From the NCBI GenBank assembly GCA_045632845.1, contig JAZQXL010000023.1, forward strand, positions 8,485 to 72,484: DNA of 64,000 bases, written 5' to 3'. The notes below the pieces were generated by a model, which did not search any database, was not told the origin of the DNA, and saw only the letters and a list, made by a program, of their open reading frames with translations. Below are positions 18,201 through 26,577 of the stretch, in pieces; the first letter of the stretch is position 1, and each line of letters starts with the position of its first letter. This DNA comes from Alphaproteobacteria bacterium (lineage in GTDB: Bacteria > Pseudomonadota > Alphaproteobacteria > CAAHEQ01 > UBA3637). Made by a program: the position numbers and the translations under genes.

Positions 18201-20414
18201 TTAATCTGAAATGATTGGTTTAAATTGGATTTGGCCAATCATTGCCATATCATCAGACTTTCTAACAATACTATCAGGCATTTTAGGGGCTGGTTTCATA
18301 CTTGTTAAGGCCTTATATTCAGGATGCTTGAAACAAAGGGGGCTTTCTGCACGGATTGGTCGTGCTAAGTGGCCTGAATAGAGAACCAGTTGCTTATTTG
18401 GCGCCATAGATAAAATGCCAGAACCCCCTATAACACCATCCGCCTTCTTTTTAATTGAATGGCCGATTTCATGATATAAATTGAAACCTATCTTTGATTT
18501 TGCAGTAGGAATTAACGAACCAGACCAATCAAAATAGCTCCTCTTTGACTTGTATGAATGAATAACCTTTGTTAATGTTTCAATTCCTTTTAAAAGTGGT
18601 CCACGAGTTGTTGGATTGTTGTGCCGTTTGATAATCTTAACAGCCACAGAACTCATAATCACATCTGCTGTTTCTTGATCATACTTAACCGTAATTTGAT
18701 GCCAATCTTGCACACAGACTAAAAACTTATTTTGCTTTGCACGCCCAAAAACAATTCCATCCGTAATACTAGAAAGAGATGGCATATGGTGGAATTCATC
18801 TAAAATAAAGCTTGCAGGACATGGGCCAGCCCCACCCTCATTTGGACCGCATTCCATCAAATATTGAGTTGCCATATTGATAAATAAACTACTTAACAAA
18901 ACACAAGCACTTAAATCAGAAAATGGAACAGACATATAAACAGTAACAGGTTCATATTTGCCAGTAGCTTCATTTTTAATTCCACGCAATTGTTCATATT
19001 TTAAATCATTCATTGATGTATGATGTCTAACAGCCGCATTTTTAAAAATATTTACCCCTGAAAGCGCCATAGACATAACTGACCCACGTTGTTTGTCAGG
19101 TAAAGTTAAAACCTGATTTAATTCTAAAAGAGTTCTACGCCCATAACCATAATAGGCTGTTTCTAAAACAATTTTTTCAAAAATTATCTGCCATGCATCC
19201 GTGTCAAGAACAGACATATCTTGTTGCTTTTGGCGCATTGAAATTTCATGATTAGCTTGAATTTGCGCACTATTAATAATGTCTAGCAACATGGCAAAAC
19301 AAGCATCAAACCCTCTCCATGTGGAAGGGATTAAATCCCATGTTCCTATGGGCAAATAATTTTGAAGTGTTAATGTACGATTTATTGTATTTTCACGAGC
19401 CGCTAAAACCTCAGGGAAATCACGCATGGATTCATAATAAGAAAGCAAAACTTCATAATCTTCATCATCTAATTGATTATTCTTAAGTCTATATAAAAAA
19501 TAATCATTCGCTTTTGCTTGATCAACCTTGCCACACAAATAACCAGTCAACCCAGTCAAACAACCACGACCAGTTTTAACCCAATAAGGGTCTGTCCCAG
19601 TTGGCCCATCAGGAATAAGATAGGACACCAACCCATCAATGTATCCTTCTCTTCCATTTTGAAGAGAAGGCAAATTCCCCTCCCCAATTGGATTCCAGGA
19701 AGGCCAACGAATGTTTTTTTCCAAATCATCCTTACCCATCCAATTGAGCATAAAAACAGGCCCCAAAGTTGCACGATATCCACTGGTTAACTTGGCAATT
19801 TCTCCTTTGGGGTCATGCACAATAACACTTGATTCCTTTTCTTCCAAAATAGCAGGAATAATAACGCCAGTGGTCTTTCCTGATGTTGGGCACCCAATAC
19901 AAAAAACAGATCTTGTATCTGGCAATTTGATTTTTTTGCCACCAAAAAGACCTAACAATAAGTGTTTCCCCGAAAACAGACCAAATTTCTCAATATCATC
20001 TGCTATTGCCTCCCGTCCATCACCAAATGATTGCGGTGCCAAGAAAAACGGGTTTATGTAGCAAATCATAAATTCGTAATATAAGAACACAAATGTTGGT
20101 AATAATAAAATCCGCCAAGTGAAATAACTGCGCCATGTGGTATGTTTAGGTTCACTAAAGGTGTATAAATCAAGCCATTTACTATACCCTCTAAAAGGCT
20201 GGAATAAATCACCCTCAAGCGTTTGGATGACATATACCCACAGCTCTTTCCAAGCCTCAAGCGAAAAACCCTTCCATATCACGGTTGCAAAAGGAACAAA
20301 AAAGAGTAATAAAAACCAAAAAATCATTATCCCAACAAGTGCACGCCAAAACCACCACTTGATGCAGTTCATTGCAAATTTCTTTGGTTTTAAAAAATCA
20401 AGACCGTGTCCCAT
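18201..20414 (-). CDS. virD4: type IV secretion coupling protein, VirD4/TraG family
   Basis: N-terminal TM helices, Walker A GCPTSGKTTGVIIP followed by VHDPKGE, a TDPYW motif, Walker B FILDEFHHMPS and a VQDWHQI motif. Preferred start MGHGLDF (ATG 20414) sits 1 nt after the upstream stop and is preceded by AAGGGG. Confidence 0.82.
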   Translation of the reverse strand: MGHGLDFLKPKKFAMNCIKWWFWRALVGIMIFWFLLLFFVPFATVIWKGFSLEAWKELWVYVIQTLEGDLFQPFRGYSKWLDLYTFSEPKHTTWRSYFTWRILLLPTFVFLYYEFMICYINPFFLAPQSFGDGREAIADDIEKFGLFSGKHLLLGLFGGKKIKLPDTRSVFCIGCPTSGKTTGVIIPAILEEKESSVIVHDPKGEIAKLTSGYRATLGPVFMLNWMGKDDLEKNIRWPSWNPIGEGNLPSLQNGREGYIDGLVSYLIPDGPTGTDPYWVKTGRGCLTGLTGYLCGKVDQAKANDYFLYRLKNNQLDDEDYEVLLSYYESMRDFPEVLAARENTINRTLTLQNYLPIGTWDLIPSTWRGFDACFAMLLDIINSAQIQANHEISMRQKQQDMSVLDTDAWQIIFEKIVLETAYYGYGRRTLLELNQVLTLPDKQRGSVMSMALSGVNIFKNAAVRHHTSMNDLKYEQLRGIKNEATGKYEPVTVYMSVPFSDLSACVLLSSLFINMATQYLMECGPNEGGAGPCPASFILDEFHHMPSLSSITDGIVFGRAKQNKFLVCVQDWHQITVKYDQETADVIMSSVAVKIIKRHNNPTTRGPLLKGIETLTKVIHSYKSKRSYFDWSGSLIPTAKSKIGFNLYHEIGHSIKKKADGVIGGSGILSMAPNKQLVLYSGHLARPIRAESPLCFKHPEYKALTSMKPAPKMPDSIVRKSDDMAMIGQIQFKPIISD

Positions 20415-20415
20415 C

Positions 20416-21519
20416 TTACCCCTTTGTTTTAAATTTAACTTTTTCCATTTTACGTGGTTTGGTTGCAACTCGTTTAACTGAAGACGCCTCCCCTAATGAT
20501 GCTGCTTCATTTGCTGTATGGGATGCATTTTCACTTCCTGAAAATGTGCTTTTTTTAATTAATATAGGTGCGTCATCAATCTCCATTTCACCTTTTGTTT
20601 CAATCTTGGTTTCTTCATCTGAGTGAACATTTCCAACCTCTTTTTCATTCAAAGACTGTGGCCAAGCACGATAACTTTCTGGAATTGCCTCTTTCTTTGA
20701 AGGTTTTTTAATATTTTTAAAAACAAGCTCTTCTTCCCCTTGAGCGGCTTTTTTTGCATAATTTGCTAACTTTTCTTCATATTCTTTTAAAACAGCTTCT
20801 TCCATCTGTTTTTTCTTTTTTTCTTTTGTCTTTCTTAAATCAAAATAATATTTTTGCAATCCACCTAAACTAAGCAGTTGTTTAGGATCAATATATGTGC
20901 CTGCCAAATTAATTCCGTCCAAAGCAAATTGAGACAAATCAATTCCTTTTAAATCAACCTTTGTTAAATCAAGTCTTCTAATATCAACTGAAAGCAAATC
21001 TCCTTTTGTTAAAGACCTCAAATCTATTTTTCCACTTTCAACAAGTTCTAAAAACTTATCAAAATTAGTGATATATTTTTCAGCATCCTCTTCTAAATCA
21101 GCTCCTTCAAAAGTGTTATTCCGCATAAAAACACGCTTAAATGAAACATCTCTAAACTTTGCTTTTGAAAAATCACAATCCTCCATAAAGGAATCATCAA
21201 ATTTAGCTCCTTCAAAATCACAATTTTTTGCCTTTGTTTGATAAAAACATGATTTTGAGAAATTACACCCTTTAAAATTAGCCCCCGAAAGATCAGCTCC
21301 CTTTAAATTGATCCCAGTATAATCCTTGTTAGAGACATCTTTACCTGCTTTGATGTTTTCAACCAAAGTAACTGCACGCAAATCCGTCAAATAGCTATCT
21401 CGCTCAGATGGCAAGATAAACTCTCTTTTATCAATTCCAAGTGTAAATAAAACAATATCTGTTTCACTAACCTTTACATCTTGAAACTTTCGTTCAGGTC
21501 TTTTCATTTCCATTGTCAT
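20416..21519 (-). CDS. pentapeptide-repeat protein with Lys-rich linker and basic C-terminal tail
   Basis: 367 aa. Runs such as NLKGADLSGANFKGCNFSKSCFYQTKAKNCDFEGAKFDDSFMEDCDFSKAKFRDVSFKRV are classic A(D/N)LxX repeats. The C-terminus is ...VKRVATKPRKMEKVKFKTKG. Confidence 0.82.
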   Translation of the reverse strand: MTMEMKRPERKFQDVKVSETDIVLFTLGIDKREFILPSERDSYLTDLRAVTLVENIKAGKDVSNKDYTGINLKGADLSGANFKGCNFSKSCFYQTKAKNCDFEGAKFDDSFMEDCDFSKAKFRDVSFKRVFMRNNTFEGADLEEDAEKYITNFDKFLELVESGKIDLRSLTKGDLLSVDIRRLDLTKVDLKGIDLSQFALDGINLAGTYIDPKQLLSLGGLQKYYFDLRKTKEKKKKQMEEAVLKEYEEKLANYAKKAAQGEEELVFKNIKKPSKKEAIPESYRAWPQSLNEKEVGNVHSDEETKIETKGEMEIDDAPILIKKSTFSGSENASHTANEAASLGEASSVKRVATKPRKMEKVKFKTKG

Positions 21520-21619
21520 AAACTTATTATAACATAGAAAATTAAAAATGAAATAAAAAAAAAGATGACTTTTTAAAAATCTTGTATTATAAGTGAATGA
21601 TTCAAAGAAAGGAAGTCAA

Positions 21620-22117
21620 ATGATAACATCAAAAAAGCTATCTTTAAGAACTTTTACAATCTTATTTATCACTTCTATTTCAGCACTTCTGATTGATCAG
21701 CTGACAAAGATACTTGCTGTTGCAAATTTACCACTTCATACACCTGTTCCAGTATGTCCTTTTTTCAATTTGTTTTTAACGTATAACAAAGGGGTTAGCT
21801 TTTCTTTATTTTCAAGCGACAACCCTGCAACACCCATTTATTTAAGCCTAATGGGGTTGATTATTTGTTTACTCGTCCTTTATTGGATGATGAAAGAAAA
21901 TGATTTTTTAATCAAAATTGGTCTTGCTTATATTTTAGGTGGCGCCATTGGTAATATTATCGATCGAATTAGACTTGGATATGTCATTGATTTCTTAGAT
22001 GTTTATTATAAAACAAATCACTGGCCTGCATTCAACGGAGCCGATTCGTTCATTTGTCTTGGTGCTTTTATTATTTTTATTAGAATTTTTTTCACAAAGG
22101 AAGGGGATAAAAAATGA
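21620..22117 (+). CDS. lspA: lipoprotein signal peptidase II
   Basis: LspA motifs NKGVSFS and GGAIGNIIDR...VIDF, with four TM segments. Preferred ATG is 21620, preceded by GGAAG. The track start at 21593 is GTG. Confidence 0.88.
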   Translation: MITSKKLSLRTFTILFITSISALLIDQLTKILAVANLPLHTPVPVCPFFNLFLTYNKGVSFSLFSSDNPATPIYLSLMGLIICLLVLYWMMKENDFLIKIGLAYILGGAIGNIIDRIRLGYVIDFLDVYYKTNHWPAFNGADSFICLGAFIIFIRIFFTKEGDKK

Positions 22118-22293
22118 AAAAACTCATTTTAATCTGTTTATGTGCATTTTTGCCTGCTTGTGCTCAAAAAAAGCCACCTCTTGCTCCAACGCAAGTTGTT
22201 AATGGGCAATCTATTGTTATGCCACCAGAGTTTTTTGTGTTACCCAAACCAAACGCCCCACAAACACATATCCCAACAGTTACTGAGGAGTAA
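22114..22293 (+). CDS. small lipoprotein (DUF3035-like), 59 aa, below the ORF-track cutoff
   Basis: My own translation: MKKLILICLCAFLPACAQKKPPLAPTQVVNGQSIVMPPEFFVLPKPNAPQTHIPTVTEE, stop TAA 22291-22293. Lipobox LPAC. ATGA overlap with the lspA stop. A small lipoprotein after lspA is common in alphaproteobacteria. Confidence 0.55.
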   Translation: MKKLILICLCAFLPACAQKKPPLAPTQVVNGQSIVMPPEFFVLPKPNAPQTHIPTVTEE

Positions 22294-22296
22294 TAT

Positions 22297-23895
22297 ATGA
22301 CTATCTATGATAAATTGCTAAATCACACAGAAACAATTAACAAATTGCATTTGCGCTCTTTGTTTAATGAAGATAAAAACAGATTTAACAAATTTCACGT
22401 TCTGTTTAATGATTTTGTCTTAGACTATTCAAAAAACAAAATCACTGAAGAAACAATGCAATTACTTTATGAACTTGCAAATTTTAGCAATTTAAAAGAA
22501 GAAATTGATGCAATGTTTGAAGGTAAAAAAATTAACACAACGGAAAATAGAGCCGTTCTTCACACTGCATTGCGTAATCGATCAAATGCACCCGTTTATT
22601 TAGATGGTAAAGATGTAATGCCAGAAATTAATGAAGTTTTGGAACAAATGCATCTTTTTTCAGACAAAGTTAGAAATGGTTCATGGCTTGGTGCAACAGG
22701 AAAACCAATCACAGACATTGTTAACATTGGAATTGGCGGTTCTGATTTGGGTCCACAAATGGCTCATGACGCACTTTATCATTATAAAACAAAGAATTTA
22801 ACATTTCACTTTGTGTCAAATGTTGATGGAACAGACATTACCGAAACACTTAATAAATGTAATCCTGAAACAACATTATTTATTATTTCTTCAAAAACAT
22901 TCACAACACAAGAAACAATGGCAAATGCCCAAACAGCACGTAATTGGCTTGTAAATCAACTGGGTAATGAAGCAACATCAAAACACTTTGTTGCTGTTTC
23001 AACAAACAAAAAGGCTGTTGAAGAATTTGGCATTAATCCAGAAAATATGTTTGTATTCTGGGATTTTGTTGGTGGCAGATATTCTTTATGGTCAGCCATC
23101 GGTCTTTCACTTATGCTTGCAATTGGATACGAAGGCTTTGTTTCAATGCTTCAAGGTGCACACGAAATGGATATGCATTTTAAAAACACTCCTTTTGAGC
23201 AAAACATGCCTGTTATCTTAGCTTTGATTGGCCTTTGGAACACAACATATCTTAATGCTGAAAGTTATGCCGTTTTACCATACGATCAATATTTGGCCAA
23301 ACTGCCTCTTTATTTGCAACAATTGGATATGGAAAGTAATGGTAAAAGCGTTAAAAAGAATGGTAAAAATGTGGATTATTCAACAGGGCCTATTTTGTTT
23401 GGCGCAGCTGGCACAAATGGTCAACATTCATTCTATCAACTTATCCACCAAGGAACACACGTCATTCCAGCTGATTTTATTGCCCCAATTCATTCTTTGA
23501 ATGAAACTGGTCACCATCACGATATGCTCCTTGCAAATGTTGTTGCTCAATCTGAAGCTTTAATGAAAGGGAAAACACCTGAAGAATTAAGAGAGGAAGG
23601 TGTTTCAGAAGAACTGATTCCATTCAAAACTTTTGAAGGTAATCGTCCAAGCAACACCATTTTGTTTGACAAAATGACACCCAAAGCCTTTGGTTCTTTA
23701 ATTGCTCTTTATGAACATAAAGTTTTTGTACAAGGAATTATCTGGCGCATCAACAGTTTTGACCAATTTGGTGTTGAACTTGGCAAACAGTTAGCTAAAG
23801 CTATTTTACCAGAATTGTTGGATAAAAACACAAAATTATCACATGATTCATCCACAAACTCTTTAATTGAAAAAATAAGGGATTTGCGCTTATAG
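22297..23895 (+). CDS. pgi: glucose-6-phosphate isomerase
   Basis: 532 aa. PGI signatures [22 protein letters not shown] and [10 protein letters not shown]. Confidence 0.95.
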   Translation: MTIYDKLLNHTETINKLHLRSLFNEDKNRFNKFHVLFNDFVLDYSKNKITEETMQLLYELANFSNLKEEIDAMFEGKKINTTENRAVLHTALRNRSNAPVYLDGKDVMPEINEVLEQMHLFSDKVRNGSWLGATGKPITDIVNIGIGGSDLGPQMAHDALYHYKTKNLTFHFVSNVDGTDITETLNKCNPETTLFIISSKTFTTQETMANAQTARNWLVNQLGNEATSKHFVAVSTNKKAVEEFGINPENMFVFWDFVGGRYSLWSAIGLSLMLAIGYEGFVSMLQGAHEMDMHFKNTPFEQNMPVILALIGLWNTTYLNAESYAVLPYDQYLAKLPLYLQQLDMESNGKSVKKNGKNVDYSTGPILFGAAGTNGQHSFYQLIHQGTHVIPADFIAPIHSLNETGHHHDMLLANVVAQSEALMKGKTPEELREEGVSEELIPFKTFEGNRPSNTILFDKMTPKAFGSLIALYEHKVFVQGIIWRINSFDQFGVELGKQLAKAILPELLDKNTKLSHDSSTNSLIEKIRDLRL

Positions 23896-24588
23896 ATGGA
23901 TAAACATAGTGAAAAATATGCCTCACCTAGAGAAGTTGAAAAAACAATTCACGCGTTTAAAAAACTTCTTTGGGTGATGCCTAAAGAAGATCGTGAAAAC
24001 ATTGTTTCATTTATTCGAAAAGAAACAAAATGTTGTAGTTGGTGGCCACTGCCCTATGTGTCAAAAAAGTTATTTGCCACATTAACTGGTACACTAAGTT
24101 CAGAAAATCTTAAAAACAAAATTGAGAAAGAGGAAACACTCCCTACCCCTTTTTCAAAAGTTTTAAAAAGTAAAAAAAAGGCTTATAAATTTATGGGATT
24201 AATTCGAAAATCAATGAGTTTTATATCTATTGATTCCCCTGAGAAAAAAGAAAAACTTTTCGATCACATCTTAAATGAACCCACATATTATAAAATAAAA
24301 AATAAAATCAAACTCAAACCTTTGATTGAAAAAATTTCAGACCGCCTGCTTCATTATGGTTTTGCTCTTGTTTCTCCAAATTATAAAAAATATATTGTTT
24401 CTCAAAAACTATTGGATGACATAACCTCATTTAAAAGAACAAAACCGCTTTCTAATAAAGAAATAAACATTCTTTTAGGAAATTTTATTTCTTCACCTAA
24501 AAGAGTTAAACCATTAAAAATAACCACTTCAAAAAACAAATTATTCCATAACATTTCAAAAGATATTCGAGTTCACAATTATGAGTAA
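23896..24588 (+). CDS. hypothetical basic (Lys-rich) protein
   Basis: 230-aa ORF. Its ATG directly abuts the pgi stop (TAG-ATG) and its end overlaps the mutL start by 8 nt. I recognise no motif. Confidence 0.45.
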   Translation: MDKHSEKYASPREVEKTIHAFKKLLWVMPKEDRENIVSFIRKETKCCSWWPLPYVSKKLFATLTGTLSSENLKNKIEKEETLPTPFSKVLKSKKKAYKFMGLIRKSMSFISIDSPEKKEKLFDHILNEPTYYKIKNKIKLKPLIEKISDRLLHYGFALVSPNYKKYIVSQKLLDDITSFKRTKPLSNKEINILLGNFISSPKRVKPLKITTSKNKLFHNISKDIRVHNYE

Positions 24589-26440
24589 TACATCCATTCG
24601 CCTTTTACCCCAAAATTTAATCAACCAAATTGCTGCTGGAGAAGTTGTTGAAAGACCATCAGCCGCCTTAAAAGAGTTGATTGAAAACTCAATTGATGCT
24701 GGAAGCAGTCAAATTGATATTAAAATTCAAGAAGGAGGGAAAACATACTTTGCTGTAACAGATAATGGTAAAGGGATGTCAAAGGAAGAACTTGAACTCG
24801 CCATTGAGCGACATGCAACCAGCAAATTACCAGATGATGATTTATTTCATATCAGCTTTCTGGGATTTAGAGGTGAAGCCCTTCCCTCAATTGCATCTGT
24901 TGCAAAATTAACCATTACGTCTAGGCAAAAAGAAGCAACAGATGGTTGGATGATAAAAGTTGAAGGCGGGGTTAAAGAGGATGTTTCCCCAGCTCCAGCT
25001 CCTTTTGGAACCACTGTTGAAGTTAGAGATTTATTTTTTGCAACACCAGCTCGTTTAAAATTTTTAAAATCAACACAATCTGAAACATTGAGTATCAAAG
25101 AAACCATCAATCGCTTGGCAATGGCTTATCCAAATATTCATTTTTCACTTTCAGATGAAAAAAGACGTATTTTAAATTATCCACCTGTTTCTTCTTTACT
25201 TTCAAGAGTTACTCAAATTATAGGTAAAGCTTTTGATGAAAACGCACTCCCAATTGAAGCAGATTATGAAGGTACAAGATTAACAGGCTTTGTTGGTCTT
25301 CCAACATATACAAGATCAACAAGTCAAGACCAATATCTATTTGTCAATGGCAGATTTGTAAAAGATAAGGTTTTAATTGGAGCTATCAGAGGTGCTTTTC
25401 AAGGGCTTATCAGTCATGACGTCCACCCCGTTTTAGCACTCTTTTTATCCGTTCCACCACATGAAGTAGATGTTAACGTTCACCCTGCTAAAACAGAAGT
25501 TCGTTTCAGCAATGCTGCAAAAATCAGAGGGCTCCTTGTTTCAACCATCAGATCAACCCTTGCTGAACAAGGTCATAGAACAAGTTCAACGATTGGCATT
25601 GGCGCACTTGAAAAAAGCATGACATACATTCCAAACGCTCCCAAAATCACTTCTATAAGCCAATTGCCACCTCTTTCATTTAAAGAGACAGATTTATCTA
25701 GCGATAACGAATTAAAATACACACATTCAATGCCTGAAAGAATATTTTCAGAACCTAAAACTCAGCAAGTAATTCAATTTTGTGAACCTGCATACAGTGT
25801 TAAAACGCATGAAGAAAAAGAAATTCAAACACAAGAAATAAACGTTCAACAAGAGGAGGACTTTCCACCACTTGGGTTTGCAAAAGCGCAACTTCATAAA
25901 ACGTATATTGTCTCTCAAACAAAAGACAGTATTATAATCACAGACCAACACGCCGCACATGAGCGCCTGACATATGAAAAGCTCATTAAAAATCAATCGG
26001 TTCTTCAAGGACAACTCTTGCTTATTCCTGAAATCATTGATTTATCTAGCGATGAGGTTGATATCTTGCTATCCAGACAACAAGAATTGAATGATTTTGG
26101 ATTTGTTATTGAACCTTTTGGTGGAAATAGCGTTGTTGTGAGAGAAATCCCTGCTCTTTTTGCTAAAACAAACATCTCCAAACTTATCCAAGATTTAGCA
26201 GACACCATTCGTGAATTTGATGATACAATTCTTTTGAAAGATAAACTCACAGATATTTGCGCAAGGATGGCCTGTCACGGATCTGTCCGTGCTGGTAGAG
26301 TTTTAACCATTGAAGAAATGAACGCTCTTTTAAGACAGATGGAAGAATGTTCCACATCAGGTCAATGTATTCATGGCAGGCCCACTTATATCGAGCTAAA
26401 ACTTCCTGATGTTGAAAGGCTTTTTGGCAGAAGCAAATAA
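24581..26440 (+). CDS. mutL: DNA mismatch repair protein MutL
   Basis: 619 aa. GHKL ATPase N-terminus (IAAGEVVERPSAALKELIENSIDAG, DNGKGM, LGFRGEAL) and the endonuclease-type C-terminal motifs DQHAAHERL and ACHGSVRAG. Confidence 0.92.
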   Translation: MSNTSIRLLPQNLINQIAAGEVVERPSAALKELIENSIDAGSSQIDIKIQEGGKTYFAVTDNGKGMSKEELELAIERHATSKLPDDDLFHISFLGFRGEALPSIASVAKLTITSRQKEATDGWMIKVEGGVKEDVSPAPAPFGTTVEVRDLFFATPARLKFLKSTQSETLSIKETINRLAMAYPNIHFSLSDEKRRILNYPPVSSLLSRVTQIIGKAFDENALPIEADYEGTRLTGFVGLPTYTRSTSQDQYLFVNGRFVKDKVLIGAIRGAFQGLISHDVHPVLALFLSVPPHEVDVNVHPAKTEVRFSNAAKIRGLLVSTIRSTLAEQGHRTSSTIGIGALEKSMTYIPNAPKITSISQLPPLSFKETDLSSDNELKYTHSMPERIFSEPKTQQVIQFCEPAYSVKTHEEKEIQTQEINVQQEEDFPPLGFAKAQLHKTYIVSQTKDSIIITDQHAAHERLTYEKLIKNQSVLQGQLLLIPEIIDLSSDEVDILLSRQQELNDFGFVIEPFGGNSVVVREIPALFAKTNISKLIQDLADTIREFDDTILLKDKLTDICARMACHGSVRAGRVLTIEEMNALLRQMEECSTSGQCIHGRPTYIELKLPDVERLFGRSK

Positions 26441-26577
26441 GCACTCTTTTACCCAACAAAAAATCAGACATATTTTTTTATTTTTAACACTTAAAAAAAG
26501 ACTTTTCTACTAGACAAGGATTTTTATTTCGTGTATAAGTATTTCATTAAATTTTTTTCAAGACGAAAGGAAAAGAT

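Noticed and set aside
20415-20468. Longer N-terminal extensions offered by the ORF track: virD4 from 20468, the DUF465 gene from 51014, rbr from 39220, the lectin-like gene from 55911, lspA from 21593, kdsD from 55241 and mltA from 8117.
   Set aside because: In each case an internal ATG has a good Shine-Dalgarno at 5-9 nt. That ATG removes an overlap with the upstream gene, or exposes a proper signal peptide or lipobox. The extended versions start at non-ATG codons or inside neighbouring genes.
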